Shown piece after piece: positions 53,921 through 64,000 of a DNA stretch of 64,000 bases. Position numbers and translations under genes: made by a program. Below the pieces are notes generated by a model. It searched no databases. It was not told the origin of the DNA and was given only the letters and a program-made list of their open reading frames with translations. Location of the stretch: contig OX597825.1 in assembly GCA_951406725.2 (NCBI GenBank), positions 74,834,001 to 74,898,000 on the forward strand. Direction: 5' to 3'. Position 1 is the stretch's first letter; every line of letters starts with the position of its first letter. The DNA comes from Octopus vulgaris (taxonomy: Eukaryota).

Positions 53921-54303
53921 TAATAATAATAATAATAATAATAACACATTGTGTACAGTGCTCAGGTGCACTACAACTCATCTAAAGTGTATGTATAATC
54001 AGGTGTAGTTTCGGCGGATTTCGGAAAGCATGAGGGCCTTAAAGGATGCAGTGTCATGGCAGTCAACAACTGACGCAGGCAGTTTGTTCCATGCTTCAGC
54101 AACTCTGAGCGTGAAAAAAATGTTTCCGAAAGTCATGGGAGCTGTGTTGTTTTCTGACTTTGTAGGCATGTCCACGTGTGTTGGACACATAGAGATCAAA
54201 AAGGTGTTCAGCGTTGTTGTTGGTGAGGTGGTTGATAACTTTGTGGGTTTTTACCAAGTCCATCGCCAGACGCCGGAGCTTCAGTGAATCCATGCCCAGG
54301 CCC
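53921..54303 (-). mobile_element. CR1-like LINE 3' end
   Basis: LGMDSLKLRRLAMDLVKTHKVI..NTRGHAYKVRKQHS..RKHFF / TLRVAEAWNKLPASVV..SFK (one frameshift), short 3' UTR and (TTA)n tail. Confidence 0.88.
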
Positions 54304-55619
54304 ATCATCATCATCGAGCGGAACAGTTTGACAGGAGCCAGTCAGGTAGAAGCCTGCACCAGACCTCTGTGTCTGTTCTGGCAGGGTTTTTATAACTGAA
54401 TGCCCTTGCTAACACCAACCATCCAGCAAAGTGGACAGAGTGCTTCTTATGTGGCACTAGCACAGGCAAAGTCAGTTTTTTGCAAGGTTTTTTAAAGCTG
54501 GATGTCCTTCCTGTATGCCTGAAGATTTTTACAGCTGAATGCCCTTCCTAACACAAACCACTCGGCAGAATGGACCAAGTGCTTTCTACATGGCACAAAC
54601 ACAGAGGAGGTCAGTTTTTGCAAGGTCTTTACAGCTGGATGCCCTTCCAAATGCCAACCACTTTACAGTGTAGACTGGATGCTTTTTATGTGGCACCTGC
54701 ACTGACAGGGTCACCAAGTAACTTGCAAGACAAAAATCATTTGTGAAGAGGGGGGGCATTGGAGGAGGTGATCTTGTATCAGATGATGAAAGGTATTAGT
54801 GAGACAGAGAGACAGGTGTCTTGCAGTAGAGGAGATACAAGGTTACCTGGCTGAAGAGAGAGACAGAGAGAGGGAGACTAGAGAGAGAGGGAAACTAGAG
54901 AAAGAGAGAGAGAGATCAGGAATGAGGGCAGAAATAGGTGTGCTGCTGTAAAGGTGATACATGGTTATCCAACCTGAGGGAAGAGCAGAAAGAAAAGAGA
55001 GAGAGTGGGAGACAGCTGGAGAGAGATGGTGGCAAAGTGCCAGGGATCAGAATATAAATGAGATTGTCAAGTAAAAGAGAGAGAGAGATGGTTGCAAGTG
55101 CCAGGGTATACCTGTGAGGTTTGAAGGTCATAAGTGGCAGGACATTGCTAAAGAAGAATGAGTAGAGAGTGGGGAAGGGCAATGCGGTGAATGGTGAAAA
55201 CCTGGGTATATAGAGGTGTGGGGCTACCAGATAGCAATGATAAAGAAACGGGGCTGTGAGGACAGGATTGGAGAGTTAGAGGTGAGTATAGCGCATGAAG
55301 GAGGAAATGTGAAGAAGGGAAGAGATGAGACATAGAGATGTAGTTTGGTTTGTTCTGGTAGGGTGTGTGAAAGTTTTCTTGTTACATGTGGGTGGAACAC
55401 ACAGGTCAGTGGCTAGCAGATAACAATGAAATAGTGAAAAGGGGCCAAGAGAACAGGATTGGGGAGTGAGAGGAAAGAATAGTGCATGAAAGAAGAAATG
55501 TGAGAAAGAGATGTAGAGACGAAGTTTGGTTTGTTGGGGTCGGGCGTGAGAAAGATTTCCTTGTTAAATGTGGGTGAAACACACAGCACTACTAGAACTT
55601 AGTTTCGCTCATGTGGGTG

Positions 55620-56320
55620 GGTCTTCTCAAGAACCTCATATCACCCAACATCACAGTCCATTGTCATATCTTCTGTGAAGCCAAGCATCCTGAGAGCAGT
55701 CTTTACCACTTTGTCTCATCTTCCTGGGGGTAGCATCCACTTTCAGTGATCAGTACTTCTTTATACAGCTGGCCTCACTCATACGCATCACATGTCCGTC
55801 CAAACCAATCTAGTCTTCTCTCTTGCATGCTGCATTTGATTCCTCTCATGACCGACTCTTTTCTCAATACACTTGCACTTTGTCATACATGCACACTGTA
55901 CATCCAACAGAGTACACTGCCTTCATTTCTCCCCAGTCTACGTCTTCTGCATTCAGGGAGCATAGCCATTTGCACACAAGCATCATACAGTCTACCTTTC
56001 ACTCTGAGAGAGTCCTTTGAACTTCCTCCATCCTATTCTCATTCTAGAAACAATACATTCAGAGCATCCTCCACCATTGCTAATTTGGTAACCTAGGTAA
56101 CAGAAACTATCTACAACCTCAAGAGAGCCTCCTGGGCATTTGAGAGAATCTATATCTAGTGCTTATAGTTCCTGCACATCTGCCATGTACAGACACAACT
56201 ATCAGTTAATCTACCTCTGATTCCACTGCACCTCTTATGTGTCCATAGCTTACAGTGGGTGTAGCGAATGGAATTTCTTCCAACTCCTTTCCTATATATT
56301 AAGCAGGGCCATTTACCTGA
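55620..56320 (-). mobile_element. Decayed RTE-clade LINE RT/C-terminal fragment
   Basis: Minus frames EVVDSFCYLG..GGGCSECIVSRMRIGWRKFK and ERRLDWFG/HVMRM. Confidence 0.75.
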
Positions 56321-56349
56321 CACATAGATGTATATATGTATGACTGGCA

Positions 56350-56757
56350 TCCATGCCATTGGAACACTAAGAGCACCATCTGAGCGTGATCACTGCCAGA
56401 GCAGCTGACTGGCTTCCGTGCCGGTGGCATGTAAAAAGCACCATTCAAATGTAATCATTACCAGCGTCGCCTTACTGGCAGTTGTGCCAGTGGCATGTGA
56501 AAAACATTCAAGCGAGGTCATTGCCAGTGCCACTGGACTTGCTCCTGTGCAGGTGGCACGTAAAAAATACAACTTGAGTGTGGCCGTTGCTAGTACTACC
56601 TGACTGGCCCTAGTGCCAGTGGTACGTAAAAGCACCCACTAGTAAAAACTCTGCCAGATCAGATTGGAGCCTGGTGCAGCCATCTGGTTCGCCAGTCCTC
56701 AGTCAAATCGTCCAACCCATGCTAGCATTGAAAGTGGACGTTAAACGATGATGATGA
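56350..56757 (+). mobile_element. Family D retroposon with internal about 60-bp tandem units
   Basis: Repeated GTGCC(A/G)GTGGCA(C/T)GTAAAAA units then family D tail; similar copy at 57236-57613. Confidence 0.72.
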
Positions 56758-57832
56758 TATATATAACGTATTTATACATATATTTCTATGTGTGTTCATG
56801 ACTGCGAATGCACACCCCTCCCCGTTAACCTAAATGTAATCTTTCTTTGATAGGTTGTACCCTCTATATTTTAAGATCATGATTTTAATTTTGTTATATA
56901 CCCACAGACAGCTACAGCTGGTCATAACTAAAGTACAGCAGACACGAATAACATACCTAGGACATTTCAGTATATCTAGCAGGACATCCCCTTCTTTATG
57001 CACATACCTGATGTGACACATTCATCCCAGAGCTAAGTAATTACAAGAAACTCCAAGATAATTTCAACAATGGTGAAGAAAAGATTACTGAATCAGCAGG
57101 ATGGCAAGATGAAACTGCACAGAATCCTACCCATAACAGACAGTTTCAGGATGGGTCGAAATAATCGTCGTACTGAATAAAGCCTAGTGCTAAATCTATT
57201 TTCCATTTCCTTCATCAATTATTATTATACATGCACATTCGAGCATGGTCATTACCAGCGTCGCCCTAAAGAGCACCGTCCAAGCGGGATCATTGCCTGA
57301 GCGGCTATCTGGCCTCCGTGCTGGTGGCACGTAAAAGACACCATTCGAGTGTGATCGTTACCGCCACTTCACTGTCACCTGTGCCGGTGGCATGTGTAAA
57401 AGATTCGAGCGAGGTCATTGCCAGTACCGCCTGATTGGCCCCATGCCAGTGGCACATAAAAAAGCACCCACTACACTCTCGGAGTGGTTGGTGTTAGGAA
57501 GGGCATCCAGCTGTAGAAACTCTGCCAGATCAAGATTGGAGCCTGGTGCAGCCATCTGGTTTGCCAGTCCTCAGTCAAATTGGAAAGCAGACGTTAAACA
57601 ATGATGATGATGATATACATGTGTGTTTTTCTCACTGCTTGACAGCTGGTGTTTGCTTGTTTACATCCCACTAACTTTGTCGTTCAGTAAGAGACTGAAA
57701 AAATACCTACCAGACTTTAAAATAAAATAAGCCCAGGGGTCGATTTGTTCAAGTAACCCATGAGCTGGTACCCCAACATGGCCACAGTCCAAGGACTGAA
57801 ACAAGGAAAAGATAAAAGATAGTAACCGATAG

Positions 57833-58224
57833 TAGGCACAGGAGTGGCTGTGTGGTAAGTAGCTTGTTTACAAACCACATGGTTCCAGGTTCAGTCCCAC
57901 TGCGTGGCACCTTGGGCAAGTCTCTTCTACTATAGCCTCGGGCAGACCAAAGCCTTGTGAGTGGATGTGGTAGACGGAAACTGAAAGAAGCCCATCGTAT
58001 ATATGTATATATATGTATGTGCAAGTATCTGTGTTTGTCCTCCTAGCATTGCTTGACAACCGATGCTGGTGTGTTTACATCCCTGTCACTTAGCGGTTCG
58101 GCAAAAGAGACCGATAGAATAAGTACTGGGCTTACAAAAAATATGTCCAGGGTCGAGTTGCTTGATTAAAGGTGGTGCTCGAGCATGGCCGCAGTCAAAA
58201 TGACTGAAAGAAGTAAAAAGAGAG
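57833..58224 (+). mobile_element. SINE family B
   Basis: Family B consensus. Confidence 0.88.
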
Positions 58225-58929
58225 ATTTAAATTATGCTTATTTCTGTTGTTGAAAAGATAAACAGATTCTCCAAGAAATGGTCTGTTTTTGCCCACATTT
58301 AATCATTTGGTGTGTGAAGCCCTAATCTTTACATAGATTTTCCCAGCTGATCTGTCTAAAGCACACTAAATTTTGTAGATGCGACATCATAGCAAATCTT
58401 CTAGCTTTTGTTTGCTTCATTCATTAGACTGCAACCATCCTGGGGCACTGCCTTGAAAGGTTTAGTCTAACAAGTCAGTTCCAATCCTTATTTTAAAGTC
58501 TGGTAAATATTTTATCAGTCTCTTTTGCAGAACTACAAGAATGTAAACAAACCAGCACCCGTTCTCAGGCAGTGGTAAGGTCAAATACAACACACACACA
58601 TCGGGCTTCTTATAGTTTCCGACTATCAAATTCACTCACAAGACTTTGGCCAGTCCAGAGCTATTATAAAAGACTTGCCCAAAGAGACACAAGGTGGAAC
58701 TGAACCCAGAACCATGTAGTTGCAAAGCAAACTTAACCCACAAGCAAACCTGTGGCTTATCACCAGTGCCTTTTACGTGGCACTGCCATCAGGAGTACTT
58801 TTTTTCCACCCCAGTGATTAATGTTTTCCAATTTTGGCCATTCTTGTTATATGATGCAATGTTTCAACTTCCTCATTATTTCACATCCTTTTGCCTTACA
58901 CAAATGTATGTGTATATCACTTTGACGGA

Positions 58930-59230
58930 CCAGTCCGTTGCGTCCATTTGACACCGCTGGTCATAGCACGCTGTCCACTCCTCTCTGGATCGCACCTTTC
59001 TCATCCACGTGATCCCAATCATCCTCCTGAAACCGTAACTCCACCGTCATGGGTCTTCCGGGTGGTTTTTTCTGCTCACGCGGGTACCACTCGACAATTG
59101 CGTGCGTCCACCGATTATCAGTGAGCCGGGCGACGTGTCCAGCCCATCTATACTTGCCGCGTGTATACTCTGCGATGACATCTCTCACGCCGGACTTCTT
59201 TCTGATGATCTTGCTACTTATGTGCTCTCT
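58930..59230 (-). mobile_element. RTE-clade LINE 3' fragment
   Basis: IRKKSGVRDVIAEYTRGKYRWAGHVARLTDNRWTHAIVEWYPREQKKPPGRP. Confidence 0.88.
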
Positions 59231-59597
59231 CTCTATATGTGTATATATATATATAAATCCAAATTTATATATATTTGAAATAGTAACCACGAGTGTAATG
59301 GGTAGAACTGTTTACAAATCTGACTTTATGAGGACGTCCTAGTAAACAGTCCTGCAAATTATGTTCATCTGGACGGTCGCCCCAGATGATCTTACGGACA
59401 TTTATGTAAGTAAAATTACAGATGTTAATAGTGAAACATGTTTGCGAATAATCCATATTTTTATTGCTTTTCCTTTTGTCTTGCTCGATTACGTTTTGGT
59501 TGTTTGGCTAAATTTTTCTTGAGAACATTTTTAAGTGGTAAGACCATGGCGGATCTATTTCTAGCATATGGGGAGTCAAGATAGTGGTTTCCCTCTA

Positions 59598-59638
<41 letters not shown>

Positions 59639-60007
59639 TACACACCACACATACATATTTGTTTTCTTAACAGAAGGCAAAAGGATGTGAAATAATGAGG
59701 GAAAGTACAGGACTTCAATTAGTTTGTTGAAATATTCCAAAATTGGAAAACCAATTACTGGGGTGAAAAAAACACTCGTGCCACATGAAAGGGACTGGTG
59801 ATAGTGCCCACATGAAAGGGACTGGTGATAGTGCCCACATGAAAAGCTGCCATACAAAAAGCACCCAGTGCACTCTGGAGTGGTCAGTGTTGGAAAGGCA
59901 TCCTGCTGTAGGGACCAAGCCAAAACAGACTATGGAACTTAATGTGGCCCCCTAACTTTGCCAGTCCCTGTCAAGCGAACCCATGCCAACATAGAAAACA
60001 AACGAGA

Positions 60008-60280
60008 GGCAATCTTACGGTATATGTACCGGTGTACTTCCGGAAGTACCGGATACATTTCAAAAAAGTTGTTTTTTTATAATAGGGGGCTTAGGGTTAG
60101 AGTTGGGAGTAAAAAGGGTTTATCTTCAGAAATATAAACAAAGTCACGTGTGTACATATACCGAAGCATCGCCACATACCCTAACCCCCATATATATATA
60201 TATATATATTTTAAAAAAATACTTTTGAAATGTATCCGGTACTTCCGGAAGTACACCGGTACATATACCGTAAGATCGCC
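60008..60280. mobile_element. MITE with about 58-bp TIRs
   Basis: GGCAATCTTACGGTATATGTACCGGTGTACTTCCGGAAGTACCGGATACATTTCAAAA and its reverse complement; possible decayed 8-bp TSD CAAACGAG/CAGACGTG. Confidence 0.85.
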
Positions 60281-61260
60281 CAGACGTGATGAGGATCAAT
60301 GTGTTAGCTTGGAAGTTTGTTCTCGTTTTTCACTGGGTGTCAACCATTTGAGTAATTTCTCAGTAGCAATAAATGAATGGATGGATGAGAGAAAGAACTC
60401 CCCCCCCCCAGGCTTTGTTTAAGTATCTCTCTAATATGAAATACCTAAATAACCACATCAACGTAAAGCTTAGTTTTAGATTATTTGGCTTTGAAGCTGT
60501 TATTGAAGTTTCAACATAAGAATTGCTGAGAGCCACTGTCTAACATAATAATTTGTCAGTGGTGGTCATACTTGATTGAGTCACCATAGGTATGTGTGAA
60601 TAAGATTGAAGTGTTTAATAAATCGGAAAAAATGTTTTTTTACTGAAAACCTAACGTTTAAAAACACTAAAATAATTGGCAATTAAGTCATCCATTATCT
60701 CTTAAGGCACTTGTGATGCCAGCTTGACCAATTATGCAGAACCGCTGAATTTATGATTTTAAGGCGGAAGAGAAAACTGAAGTCAGTTATATTAATGAAT
60801 TTGTTCTATTCCCCCTTTCAGTGTTATACCATCCATTTGAAGCCCTTCTTAACATCAATCTTTACTTTTCCATTTAGAGTAATATTTCCTCAAAGCCAGG
60901 CCATTTTTTGTAAATTTGTTCAATGGTGACATTCTTTTGCGACCATCCACGCAGATACTTTGGTTATTTCCTACTTTAACGTTGTAAATTTCGAAAACTT
61001 TATTGTATGTGTTAAGGAACAATATCCGCTGTAAATATTTTGATAACATCTTTTTATATATAATCTCTGAAATATATATAATCGTGGGATAATTAAAATG
61101 CGTACCGATTTTTCTTCGTTAATTTCTTATATGCAACCTACATTTTATATAAATTTTTAATTTAATTTTAGTGGTGCAAATCAATTTACAAGGTTGAAAT
61201 AGAACTTCAGTTTTCAAGTTTTTCTCATTCCTGTGCCACATGTGGACGGACGTAAAGAAT

Positions 61261-61543
61261 GTGGACCGCAACCCCCTTTGGTTTTTTTTTTGTCTCTTTA
61301 CGGAATCCCAAAATTAATTCCCCCCACCTAAAAAATTCCAATTTTCACTCTTTTCAGAAGTTTTCGCGAAATACGGATTAAAATATCTCCATATTTTTCT
61401 ACGCATTTCGCAAAAATAAATCTTGAAAAGGGGAGGTATTGAAATTTTAAAATGCCGTTGTTTTTCATAATCAGAATCTCTGTACTGGAAAAAGGGGGAT
61501 TCAGTAAAAAGAAAAGAAAAATACAAAAGAGGGTGCGGTCCAC
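61261..61543. mobile_element. Probable MITE
   Basis: Inverted ends GTGGACCGCAACCCCCTTT / AAAAGAGGGTGCGGTCCAC. Confidence 0.55.
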
Positions 61544-61567
61544 CCCACGTGTATATGTATATAATTA

Positions 61568-61778
61568 CAGAGTGGCCCCAAAAAGTAGGTAGATACGTTA
61601 CAATTTAACAGAAAAATGAAACCACAATACAAGTCTCAGTATAAAATAAAATAGAAAATAATACCAAACAGGTTTAAGGAATGTTGCAGTTTAATGGAAA
61701 CCAGTTCGATCATTTACGAAATTAATTATACTAAAATAAATTGTAGTGTATACCTACTTTTGCGGTACCCCGTTTGTG
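61568..61778. mobile_element. Tc1/mariner-type MITE
   Basis: TA|CAGAGTGGCCCCAAAAAGTAGGTA..TACAATTT and imperfect reverse complement AAATTGTAG..TACCTACTTTTGCGGTACCCCG. Confidence 0.6.
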
Positions 61779-62337
61779 TAATTATCAAAAAGGCGGACGG
61801 GTAAGAAGGAAATTAAGGCGGACTTTGGGAATCGGAATTTTTCCGTTTTAGCATCAAACACTTCGTGCCCCAGAAGAGTATTTCTTTAATGAGATTTAAT
61901 ACAAATACTGTTCAGATGCAGATTACAATTATATCGGAAATTTGGTGAGAGACACCGTTTGTATACATTAAATCTGATCCGTTTTTGCTCATCAACGGAT
62001 TACGATGACAAGGGTCGGGGAAAAAATTTATATGAAATGCGTCAATGTCTGTTCAAGTGAGGTTGAAGAAGGGAACTGAGCGAAATTCTGCACCACACGA
62101 TAATTCAAATGTTTTTTTTTTTTCATTTATGATTTTCTTAAAACATAAGGAAGGAGTCCATCTCAGCAAGACTTACAATGTTTATGGGAAGAAACGTTAG
62201 TATAACAAACTCAGAGTGAAACATCCACAACGAGGAAGACAATAAAATCCAAATTCGCTTTAGTGTTATTATTTATGATGAAGAGAAATCTAAAGCGCAT
62301 ATCGATAGATTGAAATTACTATCAGTAGAAAATGGAT

Positions 62338-62353
62338 GGTCCTGAAAAGGACC
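62338..62353 (-). terminator. Histone 3' stem-loop (H2B)
   Basis: GGTCCT-TTTC-AGGACC on minus strand, about 28 nt after the stop. Confidence 0.93.
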
Positions 62354-62381
62354 GGTTATTCGATGGACATAGTCCGTTGGT

Positions 62382-62759
62382 TTACTTGCTGCTGGTGTAT
62401 TTAGTGACAGCCTTGGTACCCTCGGACACGGCATGCTTGGCCAACTCACCAGGGAGTAGGAGACGGACAGCAGTCTGTACCTCACGGCTACTGATGGTCG
62501 ATCGTTTGTTGTAGTGAGCCAAACGGCTGGCTTCTGAAGCTATTCTTTCGAACAGATCGTTGACGAAACTGTTCATAATGGACATAGCTTTGCTGGAGAT
62601 GCCAGTATCCGGATGGACTTGCTTCATCACTTTGTAGATGTAGATGGAGTAGCTTTCCTTCCTCTTCTTCTTGCGCTTCTTATCACCAGTAGGACGAGAG
62701 GCCTTGGCCTTAGAAGCTTTCTTGGCTCCTTTCGAAGCGGTGGCAGGTGCTGGAGGCAT
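62382..62759 (-). CDS. H2B: Histone H2B (replication-dependent, intronless)
   Basis: [61 protein letters not shown]. Confidence 0.99.
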   Translation of the reverse strand: MPPAPATASKGAKKASKAKASRPTGDKKRKKKRKESYSIYIYKVMKQVHPDTGISSKAMSIMNSFVNDLFERIASEASRLAHYNKRSTISSREVQTAVRLLLPGELAKHAVSEGTKAVTKYTSSK

Positions 62760-63029
62760 AATGAAAACAGCGAGCTTGGTTAATCAGCGCGGCAGCTATT
62801 CTATTTATAGTTGAAAGTAGGCTCACAGCAGCTTCTTGTTGAAGATTTATACTCTCGATTTTCATTGGTTAAATTAGCAAATGGCCAAACCACGTGATAA
62901 AAAACCCGCGCATTTTCACTTCTATTCGGGTGACTGCTGGAGCCTACTTGAATAGTATTTAAACCCGAAAAAACAGTCCATGAGAATCGCATTTGCTGTT
63001 TGACTGTTGATTTGTTACTCTCTGCAATT
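62760..63029. promoter_or_regulatory. Bidirectional H2A/H2B promoter
   Basis: 270-bp divergent spacer; TATAAATA (minus, 62802-62809), CCAAT (minus, 62864-62868), CACGTG 62891-62896, TATTTAAA (plus, 62956-62963). Confidence 0.8.
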
Positions 63030-63407
63030 ATGACTGGACGTGGTAAAGGTGGTAAGGTGAAAGGAAAGAGCAAGACCCGCTCATCTCGTGCCGGACTGCA
63101 ATTCCCTGTCGGCCGTATCCACCGTCTTCTCCGCAAGGGTAACTATGCCCAACGTGTAGGTGCCGGAGCTCCGGTATACTTGGCTGCTGTAATGGAATAT
63201 TTAGCTGCCGAAGTGTTGGAATTGGCAGGAAATGCTGCCAGAGACAACAAGAAATCCAGAATTATTCCCCGTCACTTACAGTTGGCCATCCGTAATGACG
63301 AAGAGTTGAATAAATTTTTGTCAGGAGTCACCATTGCCCAGGGTGGTGTTCTTCCCAACATTCAGGCTGTTCTTCTCCCCAAGAAGACCCAGAAGCCTTC
63401 AAAATAA
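63030..63407 (+). CDS. H2A: Histone H2A (replication-dependent, intronless), 125 aa
   Basis: [48 protein letters not shown]; true ATG at 63030, not the track's TTG at 63000. Confidence 0.99.
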   Translation: MTGRGKGGKVKGKSKTRSSRAGLQFPVGRIHRLLRKGNYAQRVGAGAPVYLAAVMEYLAAEVLELAGNAARDNKKSRIIPRHLQLAIRNDEELNKFLSGVTIAQGGVLPNIQAVLLPKKTQKPSK

Positions 63408-63441
63408 GCTTCATTTTGTCGAGGCGTTCAGTTTCCCAAAC

Positions 63442-63457
63442 GGCCCTTTTCAGGGCC
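63442..63457 (+). terminator. Histone 3' stem-loop (H2A)
   Basis: GGCCCT-TTTC-AGGGCC preceded by CCCAAAC. Confidence 0.95.
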
Positions 63458-63912
63458 CCTACATTATATACGAAGTCTTTTAGCTGATTGTCTGTACTTG
63501 CGATTTTTATGAAATTTTTAGTCAGTTGCAGTGTTTTCCACAATACCGAAATTCGAAAGAAATTTTATGCTTTTCCTAGGAGACAGTTTTTTTTTTTTTT
63601 GTCTGAGGGCATAGAATGAAAATTTGTAAAGCAAGAATTCGGGTTAGTAAATTGGCCATATATTGTGGGGCCCCACCCCGATTTATTCTAAATAAACTCC
63701 GTCAGCATAGGTTCTGATTATATCGAGATTTGGAAATATTCGAAACAAGGAAACTCCTAGGTCTGATATCGTGTTGTACACTCTAAAATAAACCGCTTCC
63801 GAAGGATTTTTCACAACTGTCGTCACCTTAATCATTTTGCACAGAGAATACTGCAGAACGAATTGCCGCAGTTTTTTAACGAGTGGAGAGCGCCCATTGA
63901 AGTTGGGTTACA

Positions 63913-63946
63913 ACTGACCTGGGGTCAAATAACACCCCAGGTCAGT
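63913..63946. repeat. 13-bp perfect hairpin
   Basis: ACTGACCTGGGGT-CAAATAAC-ACCCCAGGTCAGT; may be internal to a repeat running off the window end. Confidence 0.8.
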
Positions 63947-64000
63947 AACCAAATAGCCTGATGTTCTTGGAACTGCATCATGTAATGAAAGGCTGTTAGG

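Noticed and set aside
56390-56640. Regularly spaced repeats resembling a CRISPR array
   Set aside because: Eukaryotic context, spacers are similar to each other, units are internal to a dispersed retroposon.
63000-63029. N-terminal extension of H2A
   Set aside because: Track used a TTG start; eukaryotic initiation is at ATG 63030.
62801-63136. 111-aa ORF antisense to H2A and promoter
   Set aside because: Shadow ORF of histone genes with no independent support.

Overview
AT-rich, microsatellite- and SINE-saturated animal genomic DNA; the SINE families and histone sequences point to an octopus (inferred, not proven). Almost all short ORFs in the track are microsatellite or SINE artefacts. Real genes: (1) a plus-strand, 3-exon gene (about 12.9-38.6 kb, 19-kb first intron) for a secreted protein of about 2000 aa with two chitin-binding type-2 (peritrophin-A/CBM14) domains and a very long Asn/Ser/Thr-rich, sequon-dense tail, whose giant last exon is broken by a +1 frame change at about 35.75 kb; (2) a divergent replication-dependent histone H2B/H2A pair with 3' stem-loops at 62.4-63.4 kb. 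Repeats include several tRNA-derived SINE families, RTE and CR1 LINE ends, a mariner relic, Helitron-like and TIR MITEs, and a decayed Penelope-like RT. The most unusual layer is RNA structure: Penelope-type terminal fragments carrying minimal hammerhead ribozymes (one canonical, plus candidate G3:C8 and U6 core variants), often in fold-back palindromes, and several long inverted duplications, one pair of which brackets the 19-kb intron.
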